A program made the translations under genes and the position numbers. A DNA stretch of 44,566 nucleotides from assembly GCA_049513595.1 (NCBI GenBank), contig JBEKVX010000003.1:1-44566 (forward strand), read 5' to 3'. This document shows, piece by piece, positions 1-9,201 of this stretch; position 1 is the first letter of the stretch, and each line of letters begins with the position of its first letter. The stretch comes from Candidatus Staskawiczbacteria bacterium. GTDB lineage: Bacteria > Patescibacteriota > Minisyncoccia > Minisyncoccales > Staskawiczbacteraceae. The notes under the pieces were generated by a model that did no database searches, was not told the DNA's origin, and saw only the letters and a program-made list of their open reading frames with translations.

Positions 1-201
1 GGCAACAGTTATGGAAGCAGCCAAAACCATTCCCAGTCCAAAAAGATAGCAAACATAATCCCCAGCAGAGGAAGTGTCATTTATAGAATGTCCCAAAACG
101 CTGGGATAATTAACCTCTAAGGCCAATACAAAACCGGCCTTGAAAAAGAATACAAAAATTATTCCTAAAAAAAGAATTACTTTTTGGATTTTTTTATTCA
201 T
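1..201 (-). CDS. Partial (N-terminal part only) CPR-type pilin-like membrane protein (TrbC/VirB2-like)
   Basis: ATG at 201, open to the window edge: MNKKIQKVILFLGIIFVFFFKAGFVLALEVNYPSVLG...YVCYLFGLGMVLAASITVA. Signal-peptide-like start then a hydrophobic segment, downstream of the VirB4 cluster. Confidence 0.6.
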   Translation of the reverse strand, partial: MNKKIQKVILFLGIIFVFFFKAGFVLALEVNYPSVLGHSINDTSSAGDYVCYLFGLGMVLAASITVA

Positions 202-202
202 C

Positions 203-604
203 TTAAAGCACCGCATAAACAAACCCGATCCACGAAGTTGGCAGTTTGGCTCCGACAGCTATACCAATCAAACTGATAAATGGAGCCACATCATCTATAT
301 AGGGGATAGCCTCTAATATAAGGCCTAAGAAGAATTTCCACCAACCTTTTCTTTTGGTAACAAGCATCCATATACTAAAGAAAATCGCTGCAATTATGTC
401 AGATATTAGTTCAATTATCCACCCGATAACAGGAATAAAACCCAGAAGCCCTACAAGGTCAAAAAGTCCTCCCATACACATCATTATAATTCCTTCAGGA
501 GATGCTATGCTCCCCTTTTGTCCGATACCTCCCTCTGCCGCGCCCTCCTCTGTTTCTTCAGAGGTCTCCTCAATATTTTCTGTCTGATTTTCTTCTGTTG
601 CCAT
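203..604 (-). CDS. Hypothetical membrane protein of the VirB4 cluster
   Basis: Acidic N-terminus, then several hydrophobic helices. Starts 3 nt after the VirB4 stop. Confidence 0.75.
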   Translation of the reverse strand: MATEENQTENIEETSEETEEGAAEGGIGQKGSIASPEGIIMMCMGGLFDLVGLLGFIPVIGWIIELISDIIAAIFFSIWMLVTKRKGWWKFFLGLILEAIPYIDDVAPFISLIGIAVGAKLPTSWIGFVYAVL

Positions 605-607
605 TTT

Positions 608-2419
608 TTAGTTTTGAGCTGATTCTAATTCTTTTTTTGCCTTTCTGTTTTGTAAAACCTCTTGAGGATTGGTTGTTATTATTTGGTTTTCTGTCTGGCT
701 GGCAACAACTGACAAATAAACGTGTTTTCTTCCAGCAAAAAATAATCCTTCTCCAACCGATGCCTCAACTAAGAGATATTTTTCCTGCTCTGTTAAGTTA
801 AAAATTTTTTGCACTGAGTCAATGTCAGCAGTTGATTGTTTCATTAAAAGTTGCAGAGATGAGTTTGTGATAATCGCCTTGCCATAATCGGACTTCGTAA
901 AATCAGCCACATCCTGGGTAATAGTTGTCACTCCCAGCCAATATTTTCTGCCTCTTTTTACCAAGCCGAAAAGAAAAGAAGCGCCGTCATCTGTTTGCAT
1001 CAGCCACCAGGCCTCATCAATAACCAAAATTCTTTTTTTTAGTTTTGACCTGACCATGTTCCATATATATCTCATAATAATGTACAGGGCGATGGGCCTT
1101 AACGAATCCTCCATATCCCTTATTCCAAAAACAACAAAATTTTTATCTATGGAAATATTTGATTGCTGGTTGAAAAAATCAGCAAAAGTTCCTTTGGTAA
1201 ATTTTTTCATGCGATTTACCAGCGACTCGGTTCCTGTCATGCTTTCTAAAACCTCCTGGAAGTCAGACATCAAAGGAGTGTTGTTTGCCCAGGTTTTTGG
1301 GTCCGACTGCGGAGTAATATCTCTTACGGCATATGTCTCCGTAAGCGCTTCGTCTAAAATGCTGTCTTCCTCTGGCGTTAATCCGCCCAGCATAATTCTT
1401 AAAAGTCCGACCAAATTTATAACATTGGACCTTAAAACATCTTCTGGATTGTCGCCTTCGCCCGGCAGCGGCAAATCAAAGGGATTGACATGGTTTGCAG
1501 AAGTTAAAGAAATTTTAAAAAATGCACCACCCACAGAGTCAGATAAAATTTCATATTCATTTTCCGGGTCAATGATAATTATATCAACTCCCTGCATTAG
1601 ATATCTCAATATTTCTAATTTTATGGCATATGATTTTCCTGCGCCTGCTTTTGCAAAGACCACCATGTTGGCGTTTTCCAAACTGAATCTATCAAACAAA
1701 ACCAAAGAATTATTGTGCCTGTTTATGCCGTATAAAATTCCTTCGTTGGAACTCAAATCAAAAGAAATAAACGGGAAACAAGTTGACAGGGGGGCTGTGT
1801 CCATTGGCGTGTGAACCTCTATTAAATCCATGCCATACGGGCTGCAGGAAATAAATCCTTCTTTTTGTTTGAATAAAGCGGCCTTTATATAAATTAATCG
1901 CGATTCAAAAATTGACCTTAGCGTTAACTCCGTGTCCCGCAGCCCTTTTTCAGATGTTTCATAAACCGTGATATAAACGCCCAGACGGAACATTTTTTCC
2001 TGAGCAGTCATCAAATTATCTCTCAGGGTTTCGATATCTTTGTATGCGGTTTCAAGAGCCGGGTCGCGAATCAGCCCTTTTTCTTCTCTTTCCAAAATTT
2101 CTGACGAGACCTCTGTAATTTTTTTTCTTAATTTTTTTAAAATTAATTCCGAACTGACAGGATGTATAAAAAACGAAATATCCATCGGCGTGCTTAAATC
2201 AATGACAGGCGAAAACCAGCCGGTGTTTAAATACCTTGGATAAGAAAAAACAAAAAACGACTTGGCAAATCTCTCTCCCAATTTTATGTGGTCTTGCGTA
2301 ACTCCAATATATGGCGGAGCAATAATGTCTTTTACGTCAAAGGCCTCTTCCTGAAAAATTTTATCTTCTGCCAAATTTTCCTGTTTTTTTCCAAAAAGGT
2401 TATTTAAAAATGAAGCCAT
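608..2419 (-). CDS. virB4: VirB4/TraC-like type IV secretion ATPase
   Basis: Walker A AKAGAGKS, IIIDPENEY, NPFD, Walker B ILVIDEAW, and GRKY..TTITQ motifs. Confidence 0.9.
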   Translation of the reverse strand: MASFLNNLFGKKQENLAEDKIFQEEAFDVKDIIAPPYIGVTQDHIKLGERFAKSFFVFSYPRYLNTGWFSPVIDLSTPMDISFFIHPVSSELILKKLRKKITEVSSEILEREEKGLIRDPALETAYKDIETLRDNLMTAQEKMFRLGVYITVYETSEKGLRDTELTLRSIFESRLIYIKAALFKQKEGFISCSPYGMDLIEVHTPMDTAPLSTCFPFISFDLSSNEGILYGINRHNNSLVLFDRFSLENANMVVFAKAGAGKSYAIKLEILRYLMQGVDIIIIDPENEYEILSDSVGGAFFKISLTSANHVNPFDLPLPGEGDNPEDVLRSNVINLVGLLRIMLGGLTPEEDSILDEALTETYAVRDITPQSDPKTWANNTPLMSDFQEVLESMTGTESLVNRMKKFTKGTFADFFNQQSNISIDKNFVVFGIRDMEDSLRPIALYIIMRYIWNMVRSKLKKRILVIDEAWWLMQTDDGASFLFGLVKRGRKYWLGVTTITQDVADFTKSDYGKAIITNSSLQLLMKQSTADIDSVQKIFNLTEQEKYLLVEASVGEGLFFAGRKHVYLSVVASQTENQIITTNPQEVLQNRKAKKELESAQN

Positions 2420-2423
2420 AAAA

Positions 2424-3083
2424 TTATTTTAATAACTCCGGTAGAATTTCCGGGTAATATCCGATTTCCGCCTGGTCTGGATGGTGTATTGACCAAAAAA
2501 GTTCAATAAGCTCTGGCGTTGTTAAGGGCACGGCCTCCAGTCCGCATCTTCTCAGTCCCATTGCCAGGTATTCCATTCTTTGCCATAGCTGTGTTTTGCA
2601 CCTTTGAAATTCGTCGTCTCTCATCGGCTGTTCTTGCTGCGCATTTCCGGAAAGTTTTTTAAAAATATTTTTCTCCGCGGACTTTATTCCCAAAATTTCC
2701 GTTAAATTATAAGGCACAACCACATAAAAATTTTTTGTCATAACCATATCTCCAACAACCATATTTTTTATAAACTCCCTGTATGACGCTGTTTGTTTTC
2801 TTAACAATTCATTGGCTTGTTTTTCTTCCAAATCCTTTAAGCTGTCCAAGTATGGAGTAATATTTATATTCCTTGATTGGATGACAATCTGGCAGAAAAA
2901 ATCCAAAGAATTCAAAAAGTTCTGAAAGGCAAAAACAATAGCCGTCTGCTCCTCGTCTGATTTCAAAGCAAAATTTATTGAAGAGACCATCAAAACTCCT
3001 CTTATAGAATTATTTTTTAAAAGCAAAATTCCCTCTCTTATGTCCTGTATTTCTAAAAATTGTTGTGTCGCTGTTTCAGGCAT
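2424..3083 (-). CDS. Conserved CPR protein accompanying VirB4 (TraC N-terminal-like)
   Basis: TQQFLEIQDIREG / SSINFALKS..EQ / FYVVVPY pattern. Lies between PrgI and VirB4. Confidence 0.7.
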   Translation of the reverse strand: MPETATQQFLEIQDIREGILLLKNNSIRGVLMVSSINFALKSDEEQTAIVFAFQNFLNSLDFFCQIVIQSRNINITPYLDSLKDLEEKQANELLRKQTASYREFIKNMVVGDMVMTKNFYVVVPYNLTEILGIKSAEKNIFKKLSGNAQQEQPMRDDEFQRCKTQLWQRMEYLAMGLRRCGLEAVPLTTPELIELFWSIHHPDQAEIGYYPEILPELLK

Positions 3084-3110
3084 AACTTTTATAAATTTTA
3101 AAAATTAAAA

Positions 3111-3518
3111 TTATTTTGTGCGCAGCTCTACTGCTATTTTCGTCTTTTTTAACTGGCTTGTCTGCGCCTGCAAAACAGGCCCTTGTTCTATTTTTTTAAT
3201 CTGTGTTTTTTTAATCGGCTTAAAAGGATATGGGGACTCTTTCTTTTTCCAGGTGTAATCCTTGCCGCCCATAGAAAAACCAACTGCTCCTAAAATCATA
3301 TTTAATATGGGCACGCCGTTTACTGTTGCAAACGCCAGTACTATGGTGGCGATAAAAACTATAGCGCCTATAACGTAAAAAAGAAAATGGGGCAAAATAA
3401 AATATAGAAAAAAACAAAGAACGCCTGCTCCCACAAGATAAAAAAACTGCCTGAAAGAGATAAAGAAAGCGATTTTGCCTTCCTGCTCAATAAATTGCGG
3501 TATAGGATATTGTTCCAT
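3111..3518 (-). CDS. PrgI-family (VirB3-like) membrane protein
   Basis: Likely start ATG 3518: MEQYPIPQFIEQEGKI..ISFRQF, followed by two TM helices. The longer ORF call (to 3599) runs into the promoter region. Confidence 0.8.
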   Translation of the reverse strand: MEQYPIPQFIEQEGKIAFFISFRQFFYLVGAGVLCFFLYFILPHFLFYVIGAIVFIATIVLAFATVNGVPILNMILGAVGFSMGGKDYTWKKKESPYPFKPIKKTQIKKIEQGPVLQAQTSQLKKTKIAVELRTK

Positions 3519-3634
3519 TTTTTTCTTACTAATTACTAATTTTAGCGAATTACGAATAACGGATTTGTAATTCGTAGAGTTTTTTATATTATACCACAAC
3601 CAAAATAGGTAAATACAACATGGTTATCAACATA

Positions 3635-3663
3635 TTGACAAGATAAATATATTATGATATAAT
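3635..3663 (+). promoter_or_regulatory. Consensus sigma70 promoter
   Basis: TTGACA (3635-3640), 17-nt spacer, TG-n-TATAAT (3658-3663). Confidence 0.8.
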
Positions 3664-3756
3664 TAAAGAGTGTAAAGTTTGACAAATATGGCTAAAAAAT
3701 ATGCAGAATGTTCTGCATCAGCCATCAACGTCCGTTTTTTTGAAGGAGTTTTTGCC

Positions 3757-4920
3757 ATGGATTCTTTAGTGCATGCACTGTTGTGCGCGTTGGGTTCTGC
3801 GGTTTTGATCGTCCCATTTTTGTGGGCGGTCGGAATTATCTCTGACTGCATCGTTAAGCAGTCCAGAGGGGCGGCGTTTCTGCGCCTGGGTCAGTTGGTC
3901 TATTTCGTTTTGGGCACTGGCTATCATTTTGATCCGGACGAATCTATCGTGCCAGATCACGACCCAAACACGGGAGCTGTCACCTATGGTCCGAGAAGCA
4001 TCGGCAGGTCTTGGTTCATTGAGCAGTTCTTTGGCCTGGTACTCTACCTCACAGGAATGGTGGAGCCCGCCAAATACTCGGACTTTAACGATGCTGGCGA
4101 TGGTTTCGGCGATGGCGAGTTTTTAGTGATTCTCCACGAACAGTTGGTGGAGGTAAAACTCACAAAAGCCGAAACCAGATTCGGCGTGACCGGCGCTGAG
4201 GCCGTGCCTCTGGACTTGGAAATGTTTTTCAGGATGAGACCGGTCAACCTGAGAAAGTTTCTGACCATGTCCCCTAAAGACGTGGTCAGCCAGGTGAAAA
4301 AGCGTATGCAGTCCCTGTTCCAGGGCTGGGTCAAAGAGCATACGCCTGCAGAGATTCATGCCGCAAGGGCTAGCGGGAAAGCGGGCATCTGGAACGCCAT
4401 CTACGACGCGCCTATGCTTAACGACAAGGGCCAGCCAGTATATGATAGCGCAGGTAATCGTATGCCCGGTAATGGTCAGCTAGAAATCGATGACATGGAA
4501 AAAGCTTGGGGCGTGGAGATCGTCCCCAACAGCATCGAGATCCGCGACATCGGCTACCAGCCCGCAGACCAAGAGGCGCAAGAGTCAAGCCAGCGCCAGG
4601 GTTGGTTAGCGAAAGGATTAGCCAAGAGGATGATGGGATCTGTGCTGGAACTTGTGGCAATGCGTCACAGTCTCCCGGGAGGAGCTGACGAGGCGCAGAG
4701 ATTGCTGGACAGCACGCCCGATGGGAAGAAATTCCTTGACGACATGCTGGCCGCAAGCAGCCAAATCGTGCTGCAGACCGAGCTGGGTCCTGCGTTCAAA
4801 AAGCTTGACCTCACGGGTCTAGGCGGCGGAACTGGCGTGGATACCCTTGTCGCACGCGGAGCTGCAATTGTGCAGACCTTGACGCAACCGCCAACGCCTC
4901 CTCCACCCCCAGGTCCCTGA
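3757..4920 (+). CDS. GC-richer orphan membrane protein, possibly divergent SPFH/band-7-like
   Basis: AAGGAG at 3743-3748 before ATG 3757. N-terminal TM segment, 'AET..VPLDLEMFF' and 'WGVEI...IEIRDI' SPFH-like segments, poly-Pro C-terminus. Confidence 0.55.
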   Translation: MDSLVHALLCALGSAVLIVPFLWAVGIISDCIVKQSRGAAFLRLGQLVYFVLGTGYHFDPDESIVPDHDPNTGAVTYGPRSIGRSWFIEQFFGLVLYLTGMVEPAKYSDFNDAGDGFGDGEFLVILHEQLVEVKLTKAETRFGVTGAEAVPLDLEMFFRMRPVNLRKFLTMSPKDVVSQVKKRMQSLFQGWVKEHTPAEIHAARASGKAGIWNAIYDAPMLNDKGQPVYDSAGNRMPGNGQLEIDDMEKAWGVEIVPNSIEIRDIGYQPADQEAQESSQRQGWLAKGLAKRMMGSVLELVAMRHSLPGGADEAQRLLDSTPDGKKFLDDMLAASSQIVLQTELGPAFKKLDLTGLGGGTGVDTLVARGAAIVQTLTQPPTPPPPPGP

Positions 4921-4965
4921 CCTGACTGATTGTACAAAAGGGCTGCTCGCCCCAAGAGCAAATAA

Positions 4966-5005
4966 AGGCGGCTTTCAACATCTTGTTGGAGCCGCCTGTT
5001 TCTTT
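4966..5005 (+). terminator. Intrinsic terminator between convergent genes
   Basis: AGGCGGCTTTCAACA-TCT-TGTTGGAGCCGCCT followed by GTTTCTTT. Confidence 0.7.
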
Positions 5006-5013
5006 GCAAATTT

Positions 5014-5562
5014 TTACTCAATCGGTTCGCGATAATTATCTGGTCCTGTTTTTTGCCTTGGTTTTGGCGAAGAATATTTATTTTCTTCCGGCTTTTTTAT
5101 TTTTTCAGAATTTTGGGTTGTTCTGCCCCCCGGTTCTTTTTTGGGAATTGGCACTTCAAAATCCGGTTTATTTTTATCCGTGCCTGAAGGAGGTTTAATT
5201 TTTGGAAAAAGATCTAAGTCCTTTTCTTCTCCAACCCCCCTTTTTATTTGTCCTGCATTATCTGCAGGATTTTTTTCTTCTGAATATTTTCCCAATGTAG
5301 GTATAAGATTATTTATAATTTCCTTTACTATTTGTTCTGCTGTCTGTTGGGGAATATTAATTTCTTTTTGGATAGAAGCAACAAATTCTTTCTCTGATAT
5401 TTCTTTACGAGAAAAATACATTGTAAATTTTGTCAGAACTAAGTTGATGAATATGTCGTCTAGGTTGTTAATCCCGCCCTCTAAATTATTTTTTTTCATT
5501 ATTTCGGCAAGTATTGCATCGGACTTGTCGGTAAATGTTGATGAGATATTATTGGTGTCCAT
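5014..5562 (-). CDS. Hypothetical protein
   Basis: 182-aa ORF ending GPDNYREPIE, a D-x-Y-R-E-P-I tail recalled as typical of Parcubacteria proteins. Confidence 0.7.
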   Translation of the reverse strand: MDTNNISSTFTDKSDAILAEIMKKNNLEGGINNLDDIFINLVLTKFTMYFSRKEISEKEFVASIQKEINIPQQTAEQIVKEIINNLIPTLGKYSEEKNPADNAGQIKRGVGEEKDLDLFPKIKPPSGTDKNKPDFEVPIPKKEPGGRTTQNSEKIKKPEENKYSSPKPRQKTGPDNYREPIE

Positions 5563-5599
5563 TTTTTATTTAAGAAATTAAAAATAAACGTAAAAGTAA

Positions 5600-7627
5600 T
5601 TATGTTAATTTTTGCGCCTCGGCTCTTAATTCCTTCAATCTTCTTATCTCATTGATATTCTTCTCTTGGTATGCCTTACGCAATGCAGCATCTATGGCAG
5701 GACAATTAGGACCTGCAGGGGCTAAATCTGCTTCGGCAGAGCTAGCATTTGCGCCTGCCTTGCCTCTTATGTGAGTCCTGGTAGCGTGTCCAGCAGGAAG
5801 CACATTTCTGAAGGCCTTTAAGTCCTCGCCCTTTCTTGACAAAATAAAGTCATCGTCGAGCAGAGAAGAATCAACATTGCCGCGTTCGCCTTCGCTCATG
5901 CCGCTCCAATTTGACTTAAGCTGTGTTTGGTTAGCTTTCTTTCGTGCATCAGCCATTGCTGTAGGTCCCAACCTTCTTGTTGCGGCAGAAACTCTCTGAG
6001 CTGCTGTGGCTGTTGCAGGGACAATACCTTGACTGGTTAATTCGCTGTCTACAGTGGTTTTCCAACCATTTGCAGTCAATGCTTTATCTACCTTGTTATC
6101 ATTAAATTGCGCCAGTTGGTGATTTTTATCATCAAATGTTTTTCTCTCATAGCCGAATTGGCCGGCATGCGATACAACTCGATTCATATCATTTAATCCT
6201 GCGGCAGTGTTGTTCGGATTTATTATCTTGCCCAGTTCGCCTCTTTCATTTGCCTTGGCAACTGCAGCAGCTCCCAATGCTCCGGTGGGTCTTCTAACGA
6301 GCTGCTCAAATCGGTTTCTATCGCCAGAGCCAGCCGGAGCCGCAGCCATAGCATCCACTTGTTTGTCTGCCGCTGCCGCTCTTTGTTTTCTTTGCTCGGC
6401 AGCGTGACCCTTTGGCGCAAGGAACATTCCTTCAGCTGTTACAGCTTTTGCATTTGAAAGCCACTCCTGGGTTCTTCGTCCCCTATCTGTTCTGCCCATT
6501 GCTTCCAGACCCATTCCAGTTGCCTTTTTAGTGACAAAACTAGTTGCACCCATGGCAAGCCCCATAGCTCCGCCTGCTAATCCCATAACCGCTCCAGCTC
6601 CCATTGCGCTACTTTTCCTGATAATTTTAAATCCGATAATTAAAAACAGCAAGATAACCATTAAATCAGACACATTTACTGATGCCAATCCTGTCGTCGG
6701 GTCTATGGTGGTGCCAATGCTTTTCATAGCGCCGGCAGAAATATTTAAAACAAGAGCTCCTCCCACTCCAACAAAAGACCATTTAATAAAATTTTCCCAC
6801 CATTCAGTCCATATTTTTTTTGTGAAAGCCAAAGGAAAAACCCTGCAAATAAAAGCAAGCGGCGACAACACAAACAAGAATGCGAGTACCGCATATCTTG
6901 CGATAAATATGATAGCTAGATAAAAAAAGGTAGCCGCGACAACAAACCAAATAAATGCAACCGTGATATCAGCTATAAAGTATTTAGTATTGTCCTTATA
7001 TATTGACGTATCTGATGCGAAAGTTTTATTTGCAAAGTTGACGACCATATTATAATATTCAGTGCCCGCATTATTTACCCCTCCTTGCGATATAAGGCCT
7101 TTCGTTAGTATGTTTGAGCCATCAATAATTAAGCCACAAAACAAGCCCGAAAAATTTATTAAAAGAGCCATTATTATCAAGGGTATCAAAAGTTTTTTGG
7201 CTTCATAATCTCTCATTCTTAAGGCAGTGGCTATTCCAATAACAACAAAACCCAAAACAACCAGCATATTACTAAAACCTCTCACAGAATTCCATCCGGC
7301 AACGAAAGCAGGATTTGTTGTAATGTCCTTATTTAGTAGCCAATTTAGAGCTGTATCAAAAATATCAGTAGCTGTCCAACATAAAAATCTGCATATATAA
7401 TAAATTATGTCACCTACTCCTGTTAATAATCCTGCTATAAAATCAACAGTTGCCTGAGATAGCGCACTTTTTCCAGCCCACCAAGCTGTTGCAAGACCGA
7501 TAAGTGCTATTCCGCCCCATATTAATACGGGGATAAATGCCAATCCCTTTTCTCTGTTCCTTGATTTGAATAATAATAAAAATCTTCCAGTTTTACCTTT
7601 TATTTTTGAAGAATGAAAAGTTTTCAT
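5600..7627 (-). CDS. VirB6/TrbL-like polytopic membrane protein with long soluble C-terminus
   Basis: GW..VR..SNM, ALLINFS, 'LFVLSPLAF..WTEWW..F' motifs, Gly/Ala-rich linker. Co-oriented with the VirB4 cluster. Confidence 0.65.
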   Translation of the reverse strand: MKTFHSSKIKGKTGRFLLLFKSRNREKGLAFIPVLIWGGIALIGLATAWWAGKSALSQATVDFIAGLLTGVGDIIYYICRFLCWTATDIFDTALNWLLNKDITTNPAFVAGWNSVRGFSNMLVVLGFVVIGIATALRMRDYEAKKLLIPLIIMALLINFSGLFCGLIIDGSNILTKGLISQGGVNNAGTEYYNMVVNFANKTFASDTSIYKDNTKYFIADITVAFIWFVVAATFFYLAIIFIARYAVLAFLFVLSPLAFICRVFPLAFTKKIWTEWWENFIKWSFVGVGGALVLNISAGAMKSIGTTIDPTTGLASVNVSDLMVILLFLIIGFKIIRKSSAMGAGAVMGLAGGAMGLAMGATSFVTKKATGMGLEAMGRTDRGRRTQEWLSNAKAVTAEGMFLAPKGHAAEQRKQRAAAADKQVDAMAAAPAGSGDRNRFEQLVRRPTGALGAAAVAKANERGELGKIINPNNTAAGLNDMNRVVSHAGQFGYERKTFDDKNHQLAQFNDNKVDKALTANGWKTTVDSELTSQGIVPATATAAQRVSAATRRLGPTAMADARKKANQTQLKSNWSGMSEGERGNVDSSLLDDDFILSRKGEDLKAFRNVLPAGHATRTHIRGKAGANASSAEADLAPAGPNCPAIDAALRKAYQEKNINEIRRLKELRAEAQKLT

Positions 7628-7662
7628 AAATTAAATTTTTGAAAGCGATTATCCAATATAAC

Positions 7663-8286
7663 TTATTCTTTAGCAAAAAGAATAAATCTATGCATCAACC
7701 TCATCGTTTTTTTAACCAATTTTAAGTTAGCCGCCTCGGCCATTTTTTTTAATTCTTCTATTTTGGGGAATACAGAATATTCTTCTAAATTGAAAAATAA
7801 CAATCGGGAGATAATTTGTATTTGTTTTAAAATAAATTTTGGGAATATATCTATGGCTGGATAAAATAAAAATAAATAATGTTTTGATTTTAATACCCTG
7901 GAACACTCTTTTAGCGCCGCTTCTTTGTTTTGAAAATAGTAAAAGGCGTCTATAACAGTAATCAAATCAAAGGAATTATCTTCAAACGGAATTTTTTCTG
8001 CGCTTGCCACACTGAAATTGATATTACCGGGCTTTTGATCGGCGATGGCTATCATTTTTTCGCTATTGTCTATCCCAAAGAGCTTAAGTCCTGCCCATTG
8101 TTCTTCTATTTTTTTTAAAAAAATTCCCGTTCCGCACGCAACATCCATCACCTTCAAATCATCTTCTATATAATTTTTTAAAAAGTTGATACAAGATCTA
8201 TGAGCCCAAAAATAAAAGAATTGGAAAATCGGAGTGTTGTAAATTTTGGCAATTTTGTCAAACTTGTATACAGTACTTTTCTCCAT
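7663..8286 (-). CDS. Class I SAM-dependent methyltransferase (UbiE-like)
   Basis: VMDVACGTG, GIDNSEKM, AEKIPFEDNSFD, RVLK motifs. Confidence 0.85.
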   Translation of the reverse strand: MEKSTVYKFDKIAKIYNTPIFQFFYFWAHRSCINFLKNYIEDDLKVMDVACGTGIFLKKIEEQWAGLKLFGIDNSEKMIAIADQKPGNINFSVASAEKIPFEDNSFDLITVIDAFYYFQNKEAALKECSRVLKSKHYLFLFYPAIDIFPKFILKQIQIISRLLFFNLEEYSVFPKIEELKKMAEAANLKLVKKTMRLMHRFILFAKE

Positions 8287-8298
8287 TTTAAATTTTTT

Positions 8299-9123
8299 TT
8301 AGCTAAAGCTTTTTATTAAATTTATCCAATCGGAAATATCAAGCGTTTCTGCTCTTTGATTTGGATTTATTTTATTTTTTAAAAGCCATTCAGAAATTTG
8401 TTCTTTTGTTAATTTTACACCATTTAAAGATTTCAAGGTAGTCAAGTTATTAACAAGCTGTTTTCTGGGTTGGACAAATCCGGCTTTCACAATCTTAAAA
8501 AATAAATCTGCCGAGACATCGCGCTTTTTTACTGGCGTAATTTTTATAATTGCCGAATCAACCTTGGGAGCCGGCCAGAAACAATTTTTTGAGACATAAG
8601 AAATAATTTTTGCATTTGTATAAAATTGCACAGATACTGCCAGCAAACTCATGCGAGGCGGTTTTGAGCAAATTCTTTGGGCGACTTCTTTTTGGAGCAT
8701 TAAAATCATCGTGCTTGGCTGGTTTTCCGATTCTAAAAATTTTCTAATTAATGGCGAAGTCAGATAGTATGGAATATTCGCGACGACTTTATAATTGGAA
8801 AATTTATTGAAAATTTTTAGAATGTCGGCATGAATTACTTCTACATTTTTAAAATCTTTCAAAGTTTCTTTTAAAATTTCAATCATTGTTTTGTCTTTCT
8901 CAACGGCAATCACCCTTGTTGATTTTTTGGCAAGCTCCTGCGTTAAAGTTCCTATGCCGGGCCCCACTTCTAAAACAATATCGTCTGATTTTATGTTGGC
9001 TGCATTAATAATTTTATCTAAAATATTTTTATCTATTAAAAAATTTTGGCCCAGGCGTTTTGACGGCCGTGTCTCGTATTTTGAGAGAAGCTGTTTTATT
9101 GCTGTTGGCGAAGTTAAATTCAT
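8299..9123 (-). CDS. rsmA: 16S rRNA m6,2A dimethyltransferase
   Basis: KRLGQNFL, VLEVGPGIG, VANIPYY, PAPKVDS, RAETL. Likely start ATG 9123. Confidence 0.95.
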   Translation of the reverse strand: MNLTSPTAIKQLLSKYETRPSKRLGQNFLIDKNILDKIINAANIKSDDIVLEVGPGIGTLTQELAKKSTRVIAVEKDKTMIEILKETLKDFKNVEVIHADILKIFNKFSNYKVVANIPYYLTSPLIRKFLESENQPSTMILMLQKEVAQRICSKPPRMSLLAVSVQFYTNAKIISYVSKNCFWPAPKVDSAIIKITPVKKRDVSADLFFKIVKAGFVQPRKQLVNNLTTLKSLNGVKLTKEQISEWLLKNKINPNQRAETLDISDWINLIKSFS

Positions 9124-9163
9124 TTTGTTATAATAACACATTTTTTATCTGTGCATAAATTTC

Positions 9164-9192
9164 TTGACCGGGGGTCTTGTAAATGGTAAACT
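9164..9192 (+). promoter_or_regulatory. Sigma70-like promoter of the LysM/M23 gene
   Basis: TTGACC, 17-nt spacer, TG-n-TAAACT. Confidence 0.5.
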
Positions 9193-9201
9193 AAACTTAC
9201 A

